From Lama glama (taxonomy: Eukaryota): 64,000 bases of DNA. Below are positions 24,671 through 37,148 of the stretch, piece by piece (the stretch's first letter is position 1; each line of letters begins with the position of its first letter). The position numbers and the translations under genes were made by a program. The notes beneath the pieces are model-generated. The model was not told the DNA's origin. It made no database searches and was given only the letters and a program-made list of their open reading frames with translations. The stretch lies in assembly GCA_028534125.1 (NCBI GenBank), contig CM052825.1, positions 20,460,001 through 20,524,000 of the forward strand, read 5' to 3'.

Positions 24671-26009
24671 AGCTCTCCCAAGGAGCTTTCCTCCAGGATC
24701 TTGTCTCCCGTGCCAGTCGGGCACCAGCATATGCTTTGGAGAAGCCAGCTCCCACAGACAGCCGTCTAGATGGTGTTGATATTATAAATGGCATTATAAA
24801 AAATAAGGGTATGGCTTATAAATCAGGCAAAGGGAAGTTATGATTCTTCCGGACACTCTAATCTATCTCCCTATAATTGCTTGTATATGAAATGCTGGCA
24901 TGAGGTTATCGAAGTATTCCCCGAATCGTCTGCGAAGGTAAGATTGCAATTTTAGCAACCCTTGTTACACAAACCAAAGCAATCTGTTCTGCTTTGACAC
25001 TCTGACACCCCTGGCTTGCAAAAGGGTTGGAGGCAGGGATGGAGGGGAATTCGTTCACATTCCTGCGCCCTGTGAAAGTGTGAAGGGTTAACTATGAAGC
25101 ACTCTCTCTGCCTATGATGGCTCTGGTCTCTAACCATACTAAGGAAGCAATCTTGGGGATACTTACGTTGAAAACCTCAGCTCCATTTCTTTAAACCATC
25201 TTTAACCTTTAGTTCTAGAAACCCTAATTAAAAATCAATTCTGTTTTTTGTAGTCGATCTGACAGTAATTCTATTTCTAATGGCAGTGGCAAGATAAATA
25301 GTATGTCAGGTAAACTCAGTGGCAAAACGACATGTTCATTAGCAATTTACTGAGTGTGAAATTTCTACCCTGATAAAGCATTCCTGAACAATACAGGGTA
25401 ACCATCCCCCCAGGGCGACCCATTCTCATGAATGGGGGACACTGGTGGGATTAAATGTCTGCTACCCAGATTATTTTAGTGTTTACACCAGAGTTATTTT
25501 GTATGCACCTTGCACTCAGGAAGTAAGTCAGGACCCAAAACAATTAACAAACTGACATAACAAGATGATTACAGCCTACTGTAGCCCAGAAAAATCTAAT
25601 CTGGTCTCCTAACAGCATCATAATCTTTATTGTGACTGTATGGGTCCCCATTCATCAGCCCATTTTGGCAAGCCATCCCCGCCAGTAATCACTCACTTTC
25701 AGGGTAGCCTGTGAACAGGTATCGACTTTAGAGGCTGGCAATTCATCCCCGGTTCTGCACTCCTCCATCACGAGTCTTTTGACAGTCTCTGAAGCAAGTT
25801 GGGGGAGAAAAAGTTGGCCCATACATGCTGGATCTCCAGAGAAACTCTGGGGGTGGGGGAAAGCAAGGACAGGCCAAGTTCTCCAGCTCAGTGCAAAGGG
25901 AGAATCGTATCTTGTCCCTGCTAAAACCCCAACAACGCTTCCAATGATCTACAGACCAAGGTAGAGAACTGTGAAATATTAGAGGACAAAAATGGATGCA
26001 GAGGAAAGG

Positions 26010-26180
26010 TGCTTAAATTTAGTAAGGACCTACTGTATCATTTCCTCATCTAAACCTTCCATCAAACCCATGATATAGGTACGATTATGAGCCCATTTAT
26101 CAGGTGAGGAAACTGAGGCTGAGGGAGGTAAAGTGACTCACACAGGCTAACAAGTGATTTCTAAACAAGATCACTTACCC
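26010..26180 (-). mobile_element. MIR SINE
   Basis: cccatttatcaggtgaggaaactgaggctgagggaggtaaagtgact. Confidence 0.8.
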
Positions 26181-26194
26181 CAGCAGTTTTCGAG

Positions 26195-26407
26195 CTTTCG
26201 TTATTGAGGAAAAACTGGCATGATGTAGAATTAACCATTAACTATTTAAAGGGTGCATTGAGCAGCGTTTAGGACATGCACAGCGTTGTGCAACCATAGC
26301 TTCTATTTGGAATAAGGCATTATCATCACTCCCAAATGAAAGCCCATGACCATCCCCCACCACCCCACCCCTGGGTCCATTAGTCTGCTTTGTGTCTCTG
26401 CAGTGGA
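26195..26407 (-). mobile_element. L1MB-type 3' end fragment
   Basis: cacagcgttgtgcaaccatagcttctatt...catcactcccaaatgaaagcccat...tagtctgctttgtgtctctg. Confidence 0.7.
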
Positions 26408-27194
26408 ACCCCAATCTACACAATAAAAGAAAGGAGAGCTGCTAATTGAAATTGGAGGCAGCGTCTTGGAACTTTGTGCCTTCAACCTTCCCAGACTTCA
26501 GTGGGGTCCCCAGAGCCCCACTCTGAGCTCCAGGGGACTATTATGGGGGACTTGGGGAAAACCTGCTGTAAAGGGTTCTGTCACAGCCCCATAATTACTT
26601 TTTCCTTTTCAAGGGAATAGATGAGACCGTTAGACTGTGGGAGATGTTCTTAAGCGGAGATATGACAAGATTGTCTGCACCCCTGCTGAGCAGAAGCCTG
26701 CACATCTCCACTGGGGACAGATGAGTGACACAGATGTAGACTCTGGTCAAAGCACTGCTTTTGGAATCCTGCTTGCTTGCTTGCTTTGTTTGGTACACAC
26801 ATCTCTATGGACAGACAGGGAAAGAACTGGGGAGCTTGGATAAGGTAAAGGAAAGATCATTGGATTTTACCATGGACACAATCATTTTGGCCGCAGAAAA
26901 TAGCAAAAATGTTAGAATACATTTTTGCTGGAATGGTCAAATGATATTCCAACCAGCAGGTTTTGGAGTTGAAACTGTGTATGATTTTCTTTCCATCTGT
27001 ACTTATTAATGGTGAACTGGAGTCATTCAGGTAGTCAGGGTGGGGGGTAACCTCCCCCACATCTCTCAGTGGGCTTCCACAGAGCCTGCTGAGTGAATAA
27101 TGAGCCGCTTGACTGTAGGTTGGGCCAAGGATAGACGTGAAATCTAAATCGAAATTGGGATTATGACGGCATCACTTGGGGATTGAGAATCAGT

Positions 27195-27485
27195 CTAAAA
27201 AATAATATATATAACAAACAGAAACACTCACAGGTACAGAAAACAAACTAATGGTTACCAATGGGGATGGGGAAGGGGCAAGATAGGGGTAGGGGATTCA
27301 GAGACACAAACTACTATGTATAAAAAGATAAGCAACCAAGAGATATTGTACAACACAGGGCAACATTGCCATTACTTTGCAATAACTTGAAATGGAGTAT
27401 GATCTGTAAAAATATTGAATCACTATGCTGTACACCTGAAACGATTATAATAGCATAAATCAACTATATTTCAATTTAAAAAAAG
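27195..27485 (+). mobile_element. L1 3' UTR fragment with short A tail
   Basis: cagaaaacaaactaatggttacca...gaatcactatgctgtacacctgaaac...tcaactatatttcaatttaaaaaaa. Confidence 0.88.
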
Positions 27486-27761
27486 AATGTGGCTTAGTCG
27501 CTCTATGCAGTTGCTATCAGGCACTTGAATGAAGAGCCACACAATTCTGGAGCTTGCCTGGCTTAGAGAGACACAGCTGATATGCAGGGAGAGAAGGAGA
27601 CGTATGTTGCAGACAGGCCTGCGCTGGCAGAAGGACACAGAGGGGAGGCACTGTGACCCCACCCACTGAGATGGAGAGACGCACCTGGCCTCTTGGACTC
27701 CCAGCTGCAGGCGCCTGGGAGGCGTGGCTGAAATTCCCGTCCTGAGCAGAGTCCCATGGTT

Positions 27762-28922
27762 TTAGTCGAGTTTCCCTTGGTTGCAAGTACCAGAAACACA
27801 ACTCAGACTCACTCAAGCACCAAGGAGTGTTATTGACTTACAGAGCTGCAAAGTCCAGGCACAGCTGATACAGGAAAATAAACGAGGGGCGAGAGGATGG
27901 CCGTGTCCCAGGTCTCGGTTGAGTCCCTGGGATGCACCTGGCCAAGTGTGGGTCCTTGGCTTCGCACCGAAAAAATTCAAGAGCGAGCCACAGTTGAGTA
28001 AAGGTAGATCTATTCAGAGAGACACGTACTCCATAGACAAAGTACACGCTACTTCAGAAGGCAAGAGAAAGGCCACGAGGTGTGGGGGTTGGGTGCTCAG
28101 TTTTAAGTAAAAGCAGACACTCCATAGACAGTGTGTGGTCCACCTCACTCAGAAGGGAGAGCGGCCACAAGGTGTGGGGGGTGTCAGTTATATGGGCTCG
28201 GTAGCTTCATATGCTAGCAAGCGGGAGCATTATTCCAACTACTTTTGGGGAAGGGGCTGGGATTCTCAGGAACTGGGCCACCTTCCACTTTTTGACCTTT
28301 TATGGTCAGCCTTGGGATTGTCACAGTGCCCGTGGGAGTGCCATTTACCATGTTAATACATTACAACGAGTGTGTAATGAAGCTCAAGGTTTATTAGAAG
28401 TCAAATCTCCTGGCAGCCTGAGCCTCAAGGCCTGCTGGGAGTTGAATCTTCTGCCACCTTGGTGTTAATTGCTCTGTTATTTCTTGAATGGCTGCGCCCT
28501 GCCCCCTTCCTTCCTGTCTCACAGTGGCTGCAGGTACTCAGACAAGGTCATCAGGGTTCTTCTTCTCCAGCTTTCCTCTGGACTGATTTCACGCTCGGGT
28601 GGGCTCACTAAAAGCTCCCAGAAGTTCTGGCTTCTCAACCACAATGGAGAAAATACCCTACGTTCCCAGTAGGTTTAGAAAACCTGGAGGGCTGACACTC
28701 ACTGGATGGTTTTGGTCACATAACCACCAAGGAACCAAGACGCTGACACGTGTTACATGCTGACTCATCGTCCAGCCATAGAACGCACTGTGAAATGGAA
28801 TCGGCCCCACCCAAGCCATGACTAAAGGAAAGAAAGCAAAAGGATCCATCTGAAGGAACATCAGGGCGCTGCTCCCAGAACACGGATGCTGGGCAGGTCG
28901 TAAGTGGGAACATCTGCTGTAC
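27762..28922 (-). mobile_element. MaLR LTR (MLT1J/K-type), split by an ERV1 LTR
   Basis: cttggttgcaagtaccagaaacacaactcagactcactcaagc at about 27777; resumes at 28526 (ggctgcaggtactcagac...ttggtcacataacc...ggatgctgggcagg). Confidence 0.75.
27866..28521 (-). mobile_element. ERV1-type solo LTR (copy 1)
   Basis: TG...CA termini (tgatacagg...cctgtctca), 4-bp TSD cagc/cagt, 656 bp, homologous to 56338-56990; minus-strand TATA-like cccatataac and degenerate poly-A signal gaatagat. Confidence 0.88.
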
Positions 28923-29319
28923 CCCAGCCTCCCTTCGAAGAAACCCTTGTTTTAAATTAGCCCAACAGGTTTCTGTTTCTTGTCACCAAACACTCCTTGA
29001 CTACATATCTAAAAGATACGTGGGAAATAAAAATGAATAGGATGGGTTTCAGCTGTCAAGGACCTTATCTTTTTATAAGGAAGATAAACTCAGTGTATGC
29101 AAGTTGTACATCACAAGTAAACGCTTGTTCCAAAGGTACAGTGAACCCCGGAGTTTCAAAGGCAGTGATACCGGCTGAGGTAAGCAGGAAGTTCTTTATG
29201 GTATTTACTTGGCTTGGGGCTTAGGCAGAGAATGGTAAGGTTTCAAATAGTCTATTTCTAGTTAAAGAAAATGGCATCAATCAAACACCTAGAGGCTGAA
29301 AAGTACAAGGTTTAGACAG

Positions 29320-29858
29320 AGACAATCAAGTTTATTCCCTAAATATCTCTTACACCCATTTCTCCCCAGCTCTTCCACCACCACCCCAGTGTAATATCTC
29401 ACCCACATTTCTGGGACATCCCCTTTTGCTCCATTCCAAGCCATTCTCCGCTTGTCCGCTGGAATGACCTTTCTCAAATACAAAGCTGGTGATGGCAAGA
29501 CCCTCCTTGCTTCTCAGTAAGTTTCCCATTGCTCTGATTGTCAAGTTTAAAGTTCTTCTCCAGCCTCCTCTCTTTGCACTCCAGCCCGCCCATGTCCTCT
29601 GGGTGATATGAATCCTCCAAAGCTTCAGACATGCTGCAAGGGCCACCTGAAATGCTTCTCCCGTCCCAACCCTTCACACGGTGATTGATTCACACCTTTC
29701 GTTCAGATCGCTGCTAAGGAAGAGCACGCTAGTGAGGCTAGTTCAGATCCCCCTGTGATGCACACCCAGTGTCACCCAATATTTGCCTTCACTGCCCTTC
29801 CTTCAGTGAGTAAATACACCTTTATTTGAGTGATTATCTCATCCGGGACTCTCCACAG
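29320..29858 (+). mobile_element. L2 fragment
   Basis: ccattccaagccattctccgc...gtaagtttcccattgctctg; continues past the MER20 to about 30410. Confidence 0.65.
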
Positions 29859-30094
29859 AAAGGTTTCTCACTCTTGGCTCTATTGACATTTTGGACCAGA
29901 TAATTCTTTGTTGTTTGGGGGAGGGGGCTGCCTTGTATGTTGTAGGAATTTTAGCAGCATCGCTGGCCTCTTACCCTCTAGGTAAGAGGAGCACCCCGTC
30001 CCCGAGGTGTGAAAACCAAAAATGTCTCCTGACATCACCCAAAGGTTCCTGAGTGGGTGGGTAGGGAATAAAATTGCCCCACTGCAAATCACTG
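29859..30094 (-). mobile_element. MER20 hAT MITE
   Basis: ggtttctcactcttggctctattgacattttggaccagataattctttgttg...aaatcactg; TSD ctccacag/ctctgcag. Confidence 0.9.
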
Positions 30095-30159
30095 CTCTGC
30101 AGTCCAATACCGTAGACTCCATGAGGGAAAAAGCCACTCCAGTGCCTGGTAAAATAGCT

Positions 30160-30360
30160 ATTCGGGTCTCACTATCAGCTGCACTTTAGAATCACTTAGG
30201 GAGCTTTTGAAAATCATGATGCATGATCTGACCCCAGACTAAGCAAACAGGAACCTAGGAGGGGGTGGGTAGGGGGATTGAAGTCCAGGCATCCATTAAA
30301 AAAAAAATAGAAACCTTTGTAAGTGAATCTCTTGTGCCGCTGGGGTCAATAATCGCAGAA
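30160..30360. mobile_element. MER5-type MITE
   Basis: gctgcactttagaatcacttagggagctttt. Confidence 0.65.
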
Positions 30361-30559
30361 GTGTGCAACCGCTGTTGAAATCTTTGTTGGTTGAGTGTAA
30401 AGGAGGGATGGAGACAGTGAGAGAGACAGATAGAGAAGGGAGAGGGGAAGAGGGAGGGAGAGATAAGGAAATACAAGGAGAAGAAGCAAAAGAAGGGGAG
30501 AAAAGAAGGAAAGAAAAAAGACTTGCTAGCCTCGGACTCACAAGAGAAATCTGGCTATT

Positions 30560-31270
30560 GAGGAGGGAAATCTAATTTGGGACCATATGTGAAGAGCTGT
30601 GAATATGATTTTGCTGTGTGGGGTAGACAATAGGAAACCAATGAACATTTCGGAGTAAGGATGCTTCAGGTTCAAAGCAGTGTTTTAAGAAGTTGAATGG
30701 GTCATCCAGCACAGAAGGAACTGGAGTGGGCAGACCCAGGAACCAGCTACAGTCTAGGAACACATTTGGGATGATGATAAATGGAACGGAGGCAGCGAAT
30801 ACCAAGGATCTTTCCAGGAGGAAGGGCTAGGAGATTATAGGTGATAAGAGCAGGGGCTGTCTTTGGGAACGTGACAGCCGTGTGCCCACCGTCTGCAGTT
30901 TAGTAAGGAAGACAGACGTGGAAGAACAGGTCCTAACGTAGCGTTCCAGAGGGAAGCACGGGGTGTCACTGGAATGTAGAGCAGGTGCTTCTCAGAGAGA
31001 AAGACCTTTATGCGGGGACCTCCAGGGTGAAGGGGGTCACGGTGGAAGCGTGAGAGTAAGAAGGAAGGGAACTAGGAAAATATAAGTGGACTAGGGTTGG
31101 GCAGGAGCAAAGCTGAACAGCGACAGGAGAGGCCAGAGAAACCTTGGAAGACCCCGGAGGGCCCTGTAAACCCCTGCTCAGGATTTTAGACTTTATTGTA
31201 CGAGTCAGAATAAATCAGAGAGAGAAGGGTTTTAAGCAAAGTAGCAACCCCAGGCAGATTTGCATTTTTT
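30560..31270 (-). mobile_element. L2 fragments
   Basis: gtagacaataggaaaccaatgaacattt; aggattttagactttattgt...gggttttaagcaaagtag. Confidence 0.55.
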
Positions 31271-31749
31271 TCAGAGCTTTTTTTTTTTTCCCCCTCTGGG
31301 GTGCAAAATAGAAATTAGATGAAGCAAGAAGTCAGCAAAATGTTTCCAAGGCTTTGGACCCACCTGAGTGGGAAGGAGAGTGACCATGTTAGCAACAGTG
31401 GGGAGAAGAAGGCAGCGACCAGAATTATGGGACGAAAGGTATTTAAACATTTTCTTCCGGTATTTTATAAAAACTTGAGGTTCCTGACATGGGGCACCCA
31501 AGTTAGGAAAAGTAAAGAGGAGCTCAGTCATGTTATGGGTCTGAGGTTGGTGTCTGGAGCCCTCCTTGCCTGCAGGTGCTCACATTTCAGTCAGGAGAGC
31601 CTGGTTTCAATCAGCCAGGTTCCTTCCACTCCGGCTGGCAAGAATTTCTCCCAGGCCATCTCTCTGTGCCCCTGAAGGATCTCAAGGAGGAAAGAACAGG
31701 GGCTATGGAGGCAGAGAAACCAGACAAACCCGACTTCCAACCCCTGCCC

Positions 31750-31900
31750 CACAGCTGACCAGCTGGACAATTTCCTGAACTAATCTGAGCCTCAGTTTCC
31801 TCATCTGTACAACAGAAGACCAAAACTTCTCTGTCGGGCTGTGAGCATCAGCCAACAGATCCCACTTGGACAGTGCTTAGGAAAGTGGTCAGCAGTGGAT
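31750..31900 (+). mobile_element. MIR SINE
   Basis: tctgagcctcagtttcctcatctgtacaac. Confidence 0.8.
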
Positions 31901-32436
31901 AAAGGCTGATTTCCCTTCCTCTCTGAATGGAGGCATCCAGACTATGTGAATTCATCATCAGCTTAAGTTATTTGCTGCCACAAACTGTTACACCACAAAT
32001 AGCCATTTCTACAATGGAGCATTAATTCAAAACCATACACGTAGAGGAGGCTTAGTTGAAAGACTCTCCCATTTGCTTGGGAGCTACAGATGAATATTCA
32101 CTGGAGGAAGAAAAAAAATTCAGAAGTCCATGCAATAGAAATATTTGAATAACAGCAGAGCTAAAACATTTGTAGCAGGTCAATAGACCACTCTTCTCTC
32201 TCCAGTAAATTCTCCATCTTGAGCTTCTGTGATATTGGCATCTTTGTTATGAAGCAGCTTCTGATCTATTACTCTTACAGAGGCGTCTTGAATGCATTTG
32301 AAGGAGAATGCTGCTTTATTACAGACAAAGGGCTTTGTGTTTATGATTTACAGTATGGCGGCCTGTGCCTGCCTGATCCCGTCCACAGAGGTGACAAATC
32401 AGGCGAAGGGAACGAACTTATCCTGATGGCTGGCCT

Positions 32437-33041
32437 GTGTGTTCAGCCAGGGCTCTTCAGAGAGCAAGTGACAGACACGCAGCTCAAAACAGCTTAAGGA
32501 GAAATGGAATTATAATGACCCTGAGGAATCTTGCGAAGAAGGGAACAATCAGGCCGAGGAAGGCAGGAATGCAGGTGGGCCTCAGAAACTGGAAAACCAA
32601 GGGTTCAGACACACGGTGATTTTCCCTCCATATCCTGCTGCATTGGTCGGCTTCCTTCCTCTTCTCTCTCACTACAAATGGGTTTTGGCTACAGAGCGAA
32701 ACCATGGCTCTGATAACTTCTGAGTTTGCTACGTATAACGTCAGCCCTCCTAGAGATACTAGTAACACGTGTAAAACGTCCTCATGAATGGACTCGTTGG
32801 CTTAGCTTGGGTCAGGTACCCATTCTTGGGCCAACTGGCTGTGTCCAGCACAGAGAAGCAGACTGTGATGGGCCCCTTCTGGGTCAGATGCCTCCTCCCG
32901 GACCAGTTCCCAGTGGCTGGAGATGCAGGGTCCTTTGAGAACACGGACCCTCTGAAGGAAGCCAAACACGTGTTGCAGGTGGAGGGGCAGTTTCCAGAAA
33001 AAGAGCCAGGCTGGACAGACAAAACCACAGGTGAACTGTAC
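32437..33041 (-). mobile_element. MaLR LTR, MLT1K/L-type
   Basis: gcaagtgacagacacgcagctcaaaacagcttaagg...ttggcttagcttgggtcaggtaccc...ggctggacagacaaaac. Confidence 0.75.
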
Positions 33042-33400
33042 CCTTGTCCCCCATGAGTAAACATGGACAGGACACTCTTGTTTCAAGTTTCACTCACTTA
33101 CTTACTCATCTCTGCTTATGCATTAATTTATTCAAACACCAAACACTTATTAAAGCACCGTTTGTCAGGTCGTGGTCATTTTCCGGGTGTAGTGTGAAGA
33201 CTCCCCTCTCCTGCTGCTGGTATGTTTCGCTCACACTCGGCACTTGATGCCTCTGCTGGAGAGGCTCCTAGCCCCGCGGCGCAGTGTGCGGGAGCGTCTG
33301 GGCCACTTCATGCTGATGATTGTACCTGGTGAGAAGTCTGCTCCCTTTGCAACATCCAGCAATGGACGACAACTATCACACAGATCTTCCCAGTCTCTCA

Positions 33401-33430
33401 ACACACACACACACGCGCACACACACACAC
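33401..33430. repeat. (CA)n microsatellite, interrupted
   Basis: Directly visible. Confidence 0.95.
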
Positions 33431-33768
33431 GCCAGGATGCACTGCTAGACGTTGAGAAATCACTCGATTTCCCTCTAGGGAACAGAACATGCTGCTGGCC
33501 AAGATCACCCTATTGCATGGACTTACCTCCTACAAGGAGGCCTATAGTATAAAGAAACCAAACTCAACTCTGGTACAAACTCACTGGGTTTCCTTGTGCA
33601 AAAGTTATCCCCTCTGCGTCCTTGAGTTTTCTCATCTGAAAAGTGAAGAGCTTAAATATGAAATAAATTCTTACAACTAGTTTTGGGACAGCAAAAAGAA
33701 GTTCTAAATTTTCAACACTCAGGTCTCATGAAGGAATCCTTTCCTAATATTTCAGGCTGTGGCAAAAT

Positions 33769-33826
33769 TCTTCCTTCCCTCCCTCCCTCCCTTCCTTCCT
33801 TCCTTCCTTCCTTCCTTCCTCCCCTT
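33769..33826. repeat. (CCCT)n/(CCTT)n simple repeat
   Basis: Directly visible. Confidence 0.95.
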
Positions 33827-33849
33827 ATTGCACCGTATTAATCTTTTAC

Positions 33850-33990
33850 TTCTCTGGGTTTCCTGCCACAATGTAACTTCCAGAAGACAGAGACTAGTAC
33901 TTACTCATTATGTCCCAAATGCCTAGCACAAAACTTGGCTTATAATAGACACTCAGTAAATGTTTATTAAACAAATGGAGGGATGGATAA
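33850..33990 (+). mobile_element. L2 3' end
   Basis: gcctagcacaaaacttggcttataatagacactcagtaaatgtttattaaacaaatg. Confidence 0.75.
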
Positions 33991-34347
33991 AAGACACATT
34001 GTGTTGGCCAACTTTACTTGTCCACAAAGGTATCTTACCCTGCTCTGAGCAAGATGTGTGACCGCACTGGTTTTACATTATGAGTCTGCGGATTAGAGAA
34101 CTTAGGCTGTCAGGTTACACAAAAGTGACCAGAATTCACATCTCCTCAGACGCTCTCCTGAGCTGGATTCACAGACAATCCTGGCCTAACGGGTATAGCA
34201 GAGACCCAAGGCCGGGACACTCAACCCAGTACTAATGAGAGTAGTCCAGGCTGCTCAGATACCTTTAAAAAACAAATCTTAGTAACAGTTACTGAGCCCT
34301 TACTGTGTGTCTGGACCATCGAAGAGCTCTGACAACACTATCTAAAC

Positions 34348-34558
34348 CAGTGGTTCTCAGTCGGGGTGATTTTCACTCCTGGGCACATTGGGCAGAGTCC
34401 GGACACAACACAGATTGTCACTGGAAGTGGTTTACTGCTGGAATTTAGTGGGTAGAGGCCAGGAACTCTGATAACCATCCCACAACACACAGGACAAGCC
34501 CCCACAACAAACAGTAGTCCAGCCCCAGTGTCAATAGTGCCAAGGTTGAGAAATTCTG
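34348..34558 (+). mobile_element. MER20 hAT MITE
   Basis: cagtggttctca...gccaaggttgagaaattctg; TSD atctaaac/atctaaat. Confidence 0.92.
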
Positions 34559-34639
34559 ATCTAAATGAATTCCCTCTACAAACTTTTTTATTATTTTCCT
34601 GGTTTTACTGGAGAGAAAATCCAAAGAACATGTAATTTG

Positions 34640-35052
34640 TAATCCTACTCCTGGGCATATATCTGGAGGGAATTCTAAATTGAGAAGACACATGCACCCC
34701 AACGTTCATAGCAGCACTAGATACAATAGCTAAGACATGGAAGCAACCTAAATGTCCATCCACAGATGACTGGATAAAACAGTTGTGGTATATTTATATA
34801 GTGGAATACTACTCAGCCATAAAAAAGGATAAAATAATGCTACTGGCAGCAACATGGCTGCACCTGCCAGATTGTCATTCTAAGTGAAGTAAGACAAAAA
34901 GAGAAAGAAAAATACCATATGATATCACTTATATGTGGAAGCTAAGGGGGAAAAAAGATATAAATGAACTTATTTACAAAACAGAAACAGACTCACAGAC
35001 ACAGAAAACAAACTTATGGTTACCAGGGGGGAAAGGGAGTGGGAAGGGATAA
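34640..35052 (+). mobile_element. L1 ORF2-end/3' UTR fragment truncated at both ends (no poly-A)
   Basis: ctcctgggcatatatctggag...gacacatgcaccccaacgttcatagcagc...aaacttatggttaccagggggg; stops mid-UTR. Confidence 0.92.
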
Positions 35053-36036
35053 CCCTATGTTTACCATGTAACCTATAACTCTTGGCAGGTCTTACCTACA
35101 AAGATGAACTAAACAGGGAACTTCACAGTGACAATCCCAAACCTACTTAATACGCAGGGACGTGAAAATTTCCCATCGCTCCAACAGCAGATGTTTACCT
35201 AGATTCACGTGAGAAACTGAAGATGTTACTTTGGCCGGACCTGGGAGTATCTTTAAATTGAATCCAGTTCCTCCTATTGAAACATAATAACTTGTAAAAG
35301 TAATCTAGTCTCTTCATTACCAGGACAACAGCCGGTTGTCGAAATCTCTTTTGAGTTGGTAGTTAAAAGGCCCAGCCACACATCCGTCACGATATTGTTG
35401 CTGGCTGAAATGCTTAGCAACAACACAAACATCACTCAGAATCAAATTATCAGATGTGCCGACAAGATGCTCCTCGATTTAATAGTGTGGTAAATGATGG
35501 CTGGGAGATGTTCTTTGAAGCTGTGGAGGCAAATGTGAAAGCTAATTCAATTCTCCAATGAATAAAAGTGAGAAACTGTTCTTATAAACCTGATATTACC
35601 AGAGATAGGGCCAGAGCAGGCTGCTGCCTTGCGTGGGGGGGGAGGGGAAGAGCGGAATTTACTTTATTTCTGATAGTAAAAGAGCCGGGCTCTGAGACCA
35701 CACAGGTTTGACCTTGGTCCCCGGCGGGGAACTTCAGCGGGAGTGAGGGCTGGCTTCCAGCTCAGTCGAGAGGCAGGCATCCTCTGTCATCAGCTTCCCT
35801 AGGAGCTGTCTGAGTGTGGGAGGGGCGTCCAGGGCCTCGGGGAGGTCACGTCTCTGTTTATTAGACTTGGAGAGGAGGATATTCTGAGAGGAAAGGGGTT
35901 CTTGGATCACCCAGGCCAGTGGGTCTCCAATTATTTCAGCAGGGCCCCAGGTGTTCACAAAGCTATATACCGGTGAGGAGAAGGAAGATTTGAAAGAGAT
36001 TTGGGGCCTGAAATTCACTTTAATTTATTATATAGA

Positions 36037-36235
36037 CAGCTGACCCTTGAACAGCATAGGTTGAACCTGTGCAGGTGCACTTGAACACGAGTTTTTGGGG
36101 GTAGATACATACTAAAGTGCGTGATCAGCGGCTGGTTGAGTCCATGGATATGGAGGGCTGCTAGAAGTTGCACGTGGATTTTCAACTTCATGGGAGTCGG
36201 TGCCCCTAACCCCTGCTTTGATCAAGGATCAATTG
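36037..36235. mobile_element. TcMar-Tigger MITE, MER8/Tigger2a-type
   Basis: TIRs cagctgacccttgaaca...tgatcaaggatcaattg; TA on the right flank. Confidence 0.85.
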
Positions 36236-36354
36236 TATATATGTTGGGTTTAGGAGAGAGATATTCAAGTATTTTATTGCTAAAAGTTATGAAGCCTATT
36301 AGTCCAATCACTTAGATGAGGAAAGCTAGACCCCAAAGCCACACAACCAGTCAA

Positions 36355-37148
36355 GGCTACTCACCAACACCAAGTATCTGACACGAACTGGGTGTCCAAT
36401 AAATCAATTCAATTCTGATGCTAACTACCTGGAATCAGTATCAAACTGCACACAGGAAGGGGCTCAGTCCCACCAGGCTGCTCCCTGCAGGGGCCAGACC
36501 TAGGTCCCAAGGGCCACCCACTGTTCTCCTTCACCAAATTGGCAATAAACTTGGTGGTTCCCACAATCCTCTTGCAGATTTGACAATTAGCTGGGAGGAC
36601 TCACAGAACTCAGGCAACGCTGTATTTGTGATCATCGTTTCATTACTAATGGCCAGATGAGGAGATTCGTAAGTTGACAAGATCTGGAAGGGCCCCAGGT
36701 GCGGGAGCATCTGTGTCTGCAGGGTCTGGGGTGCTCCACCCTACCTGCACCTCCGTAGGCTCACCAGCCAGTTGGATCTCTGAGTCTCCTTGTCCAGGGT
36801 TTTGGTCGAGGTTCCATGAGCTAGGTACGATTGATTAAATCACTGGCCATATGACTGAACTCAGCCTCCAGCTTGCTCTCCCCTCCCACGAGGGCAGGCC
36901 AAAAGTGGGGCTGGAAGTCCCAATGCTCTAATCACATGCTTGCTGTTTCTGGGGTGGCCAGACCTTCCCTTGAAATGATCTAAGGGTCCACTGTGGGTCA
37001 CCTCTTTACATAAACCGAGGCGTGCTCAGAAGGGGTTCCTGATGAGTAATGAGATTCTCCTCCCACTCAGGAAACCCCCAAAGTTTTTGAAGCTCTCTGC
37101 CAGGAATGAGGGACAAAGACCAGATTTTTCTTTTTTGTAAGAACCTCA
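36355..37148 (-). mobile_element. MER21-type LTR
   Basis: ctgggtgtccaataaatcaattcaattctgatgctaactacctgga...gattgattaaatcactggcca...ccaggaatgagggacaaagaccaga. Confidence 0.85.

Larger units (their letters stand above)
27495..29005 (+). mobile_element. Ancient ERVL-type LTR (LTR33/LTR16-like), outer element of a nest; pieces at about 27495-27760 and 28925-29005
   Basis: 3' terminus ccttgttttaaattagcccaacaggtttctgtttcttgtcaccaaacactccttgactaca resembles LTR33/LTR16/MLT ends; the 5' piece is only weakly similar. Confidence 0.45.

Noticed and set aside
26761-27030. Possible plus-strand exon (ORF ...MDTIILAAENSKNVRIHFCWNGQMIFQP...)
   Set aside because: No credible acceptor/donor pair in phase and no recognisable homology.
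32800-32925. Internal ~40-bp direct repeat (tgggtcag...cc...gg.ccA) as a novel structure
   Set aside because: It lies within an MLT1K/L-type LTR, and this duplication appears to be part of the family consensus.
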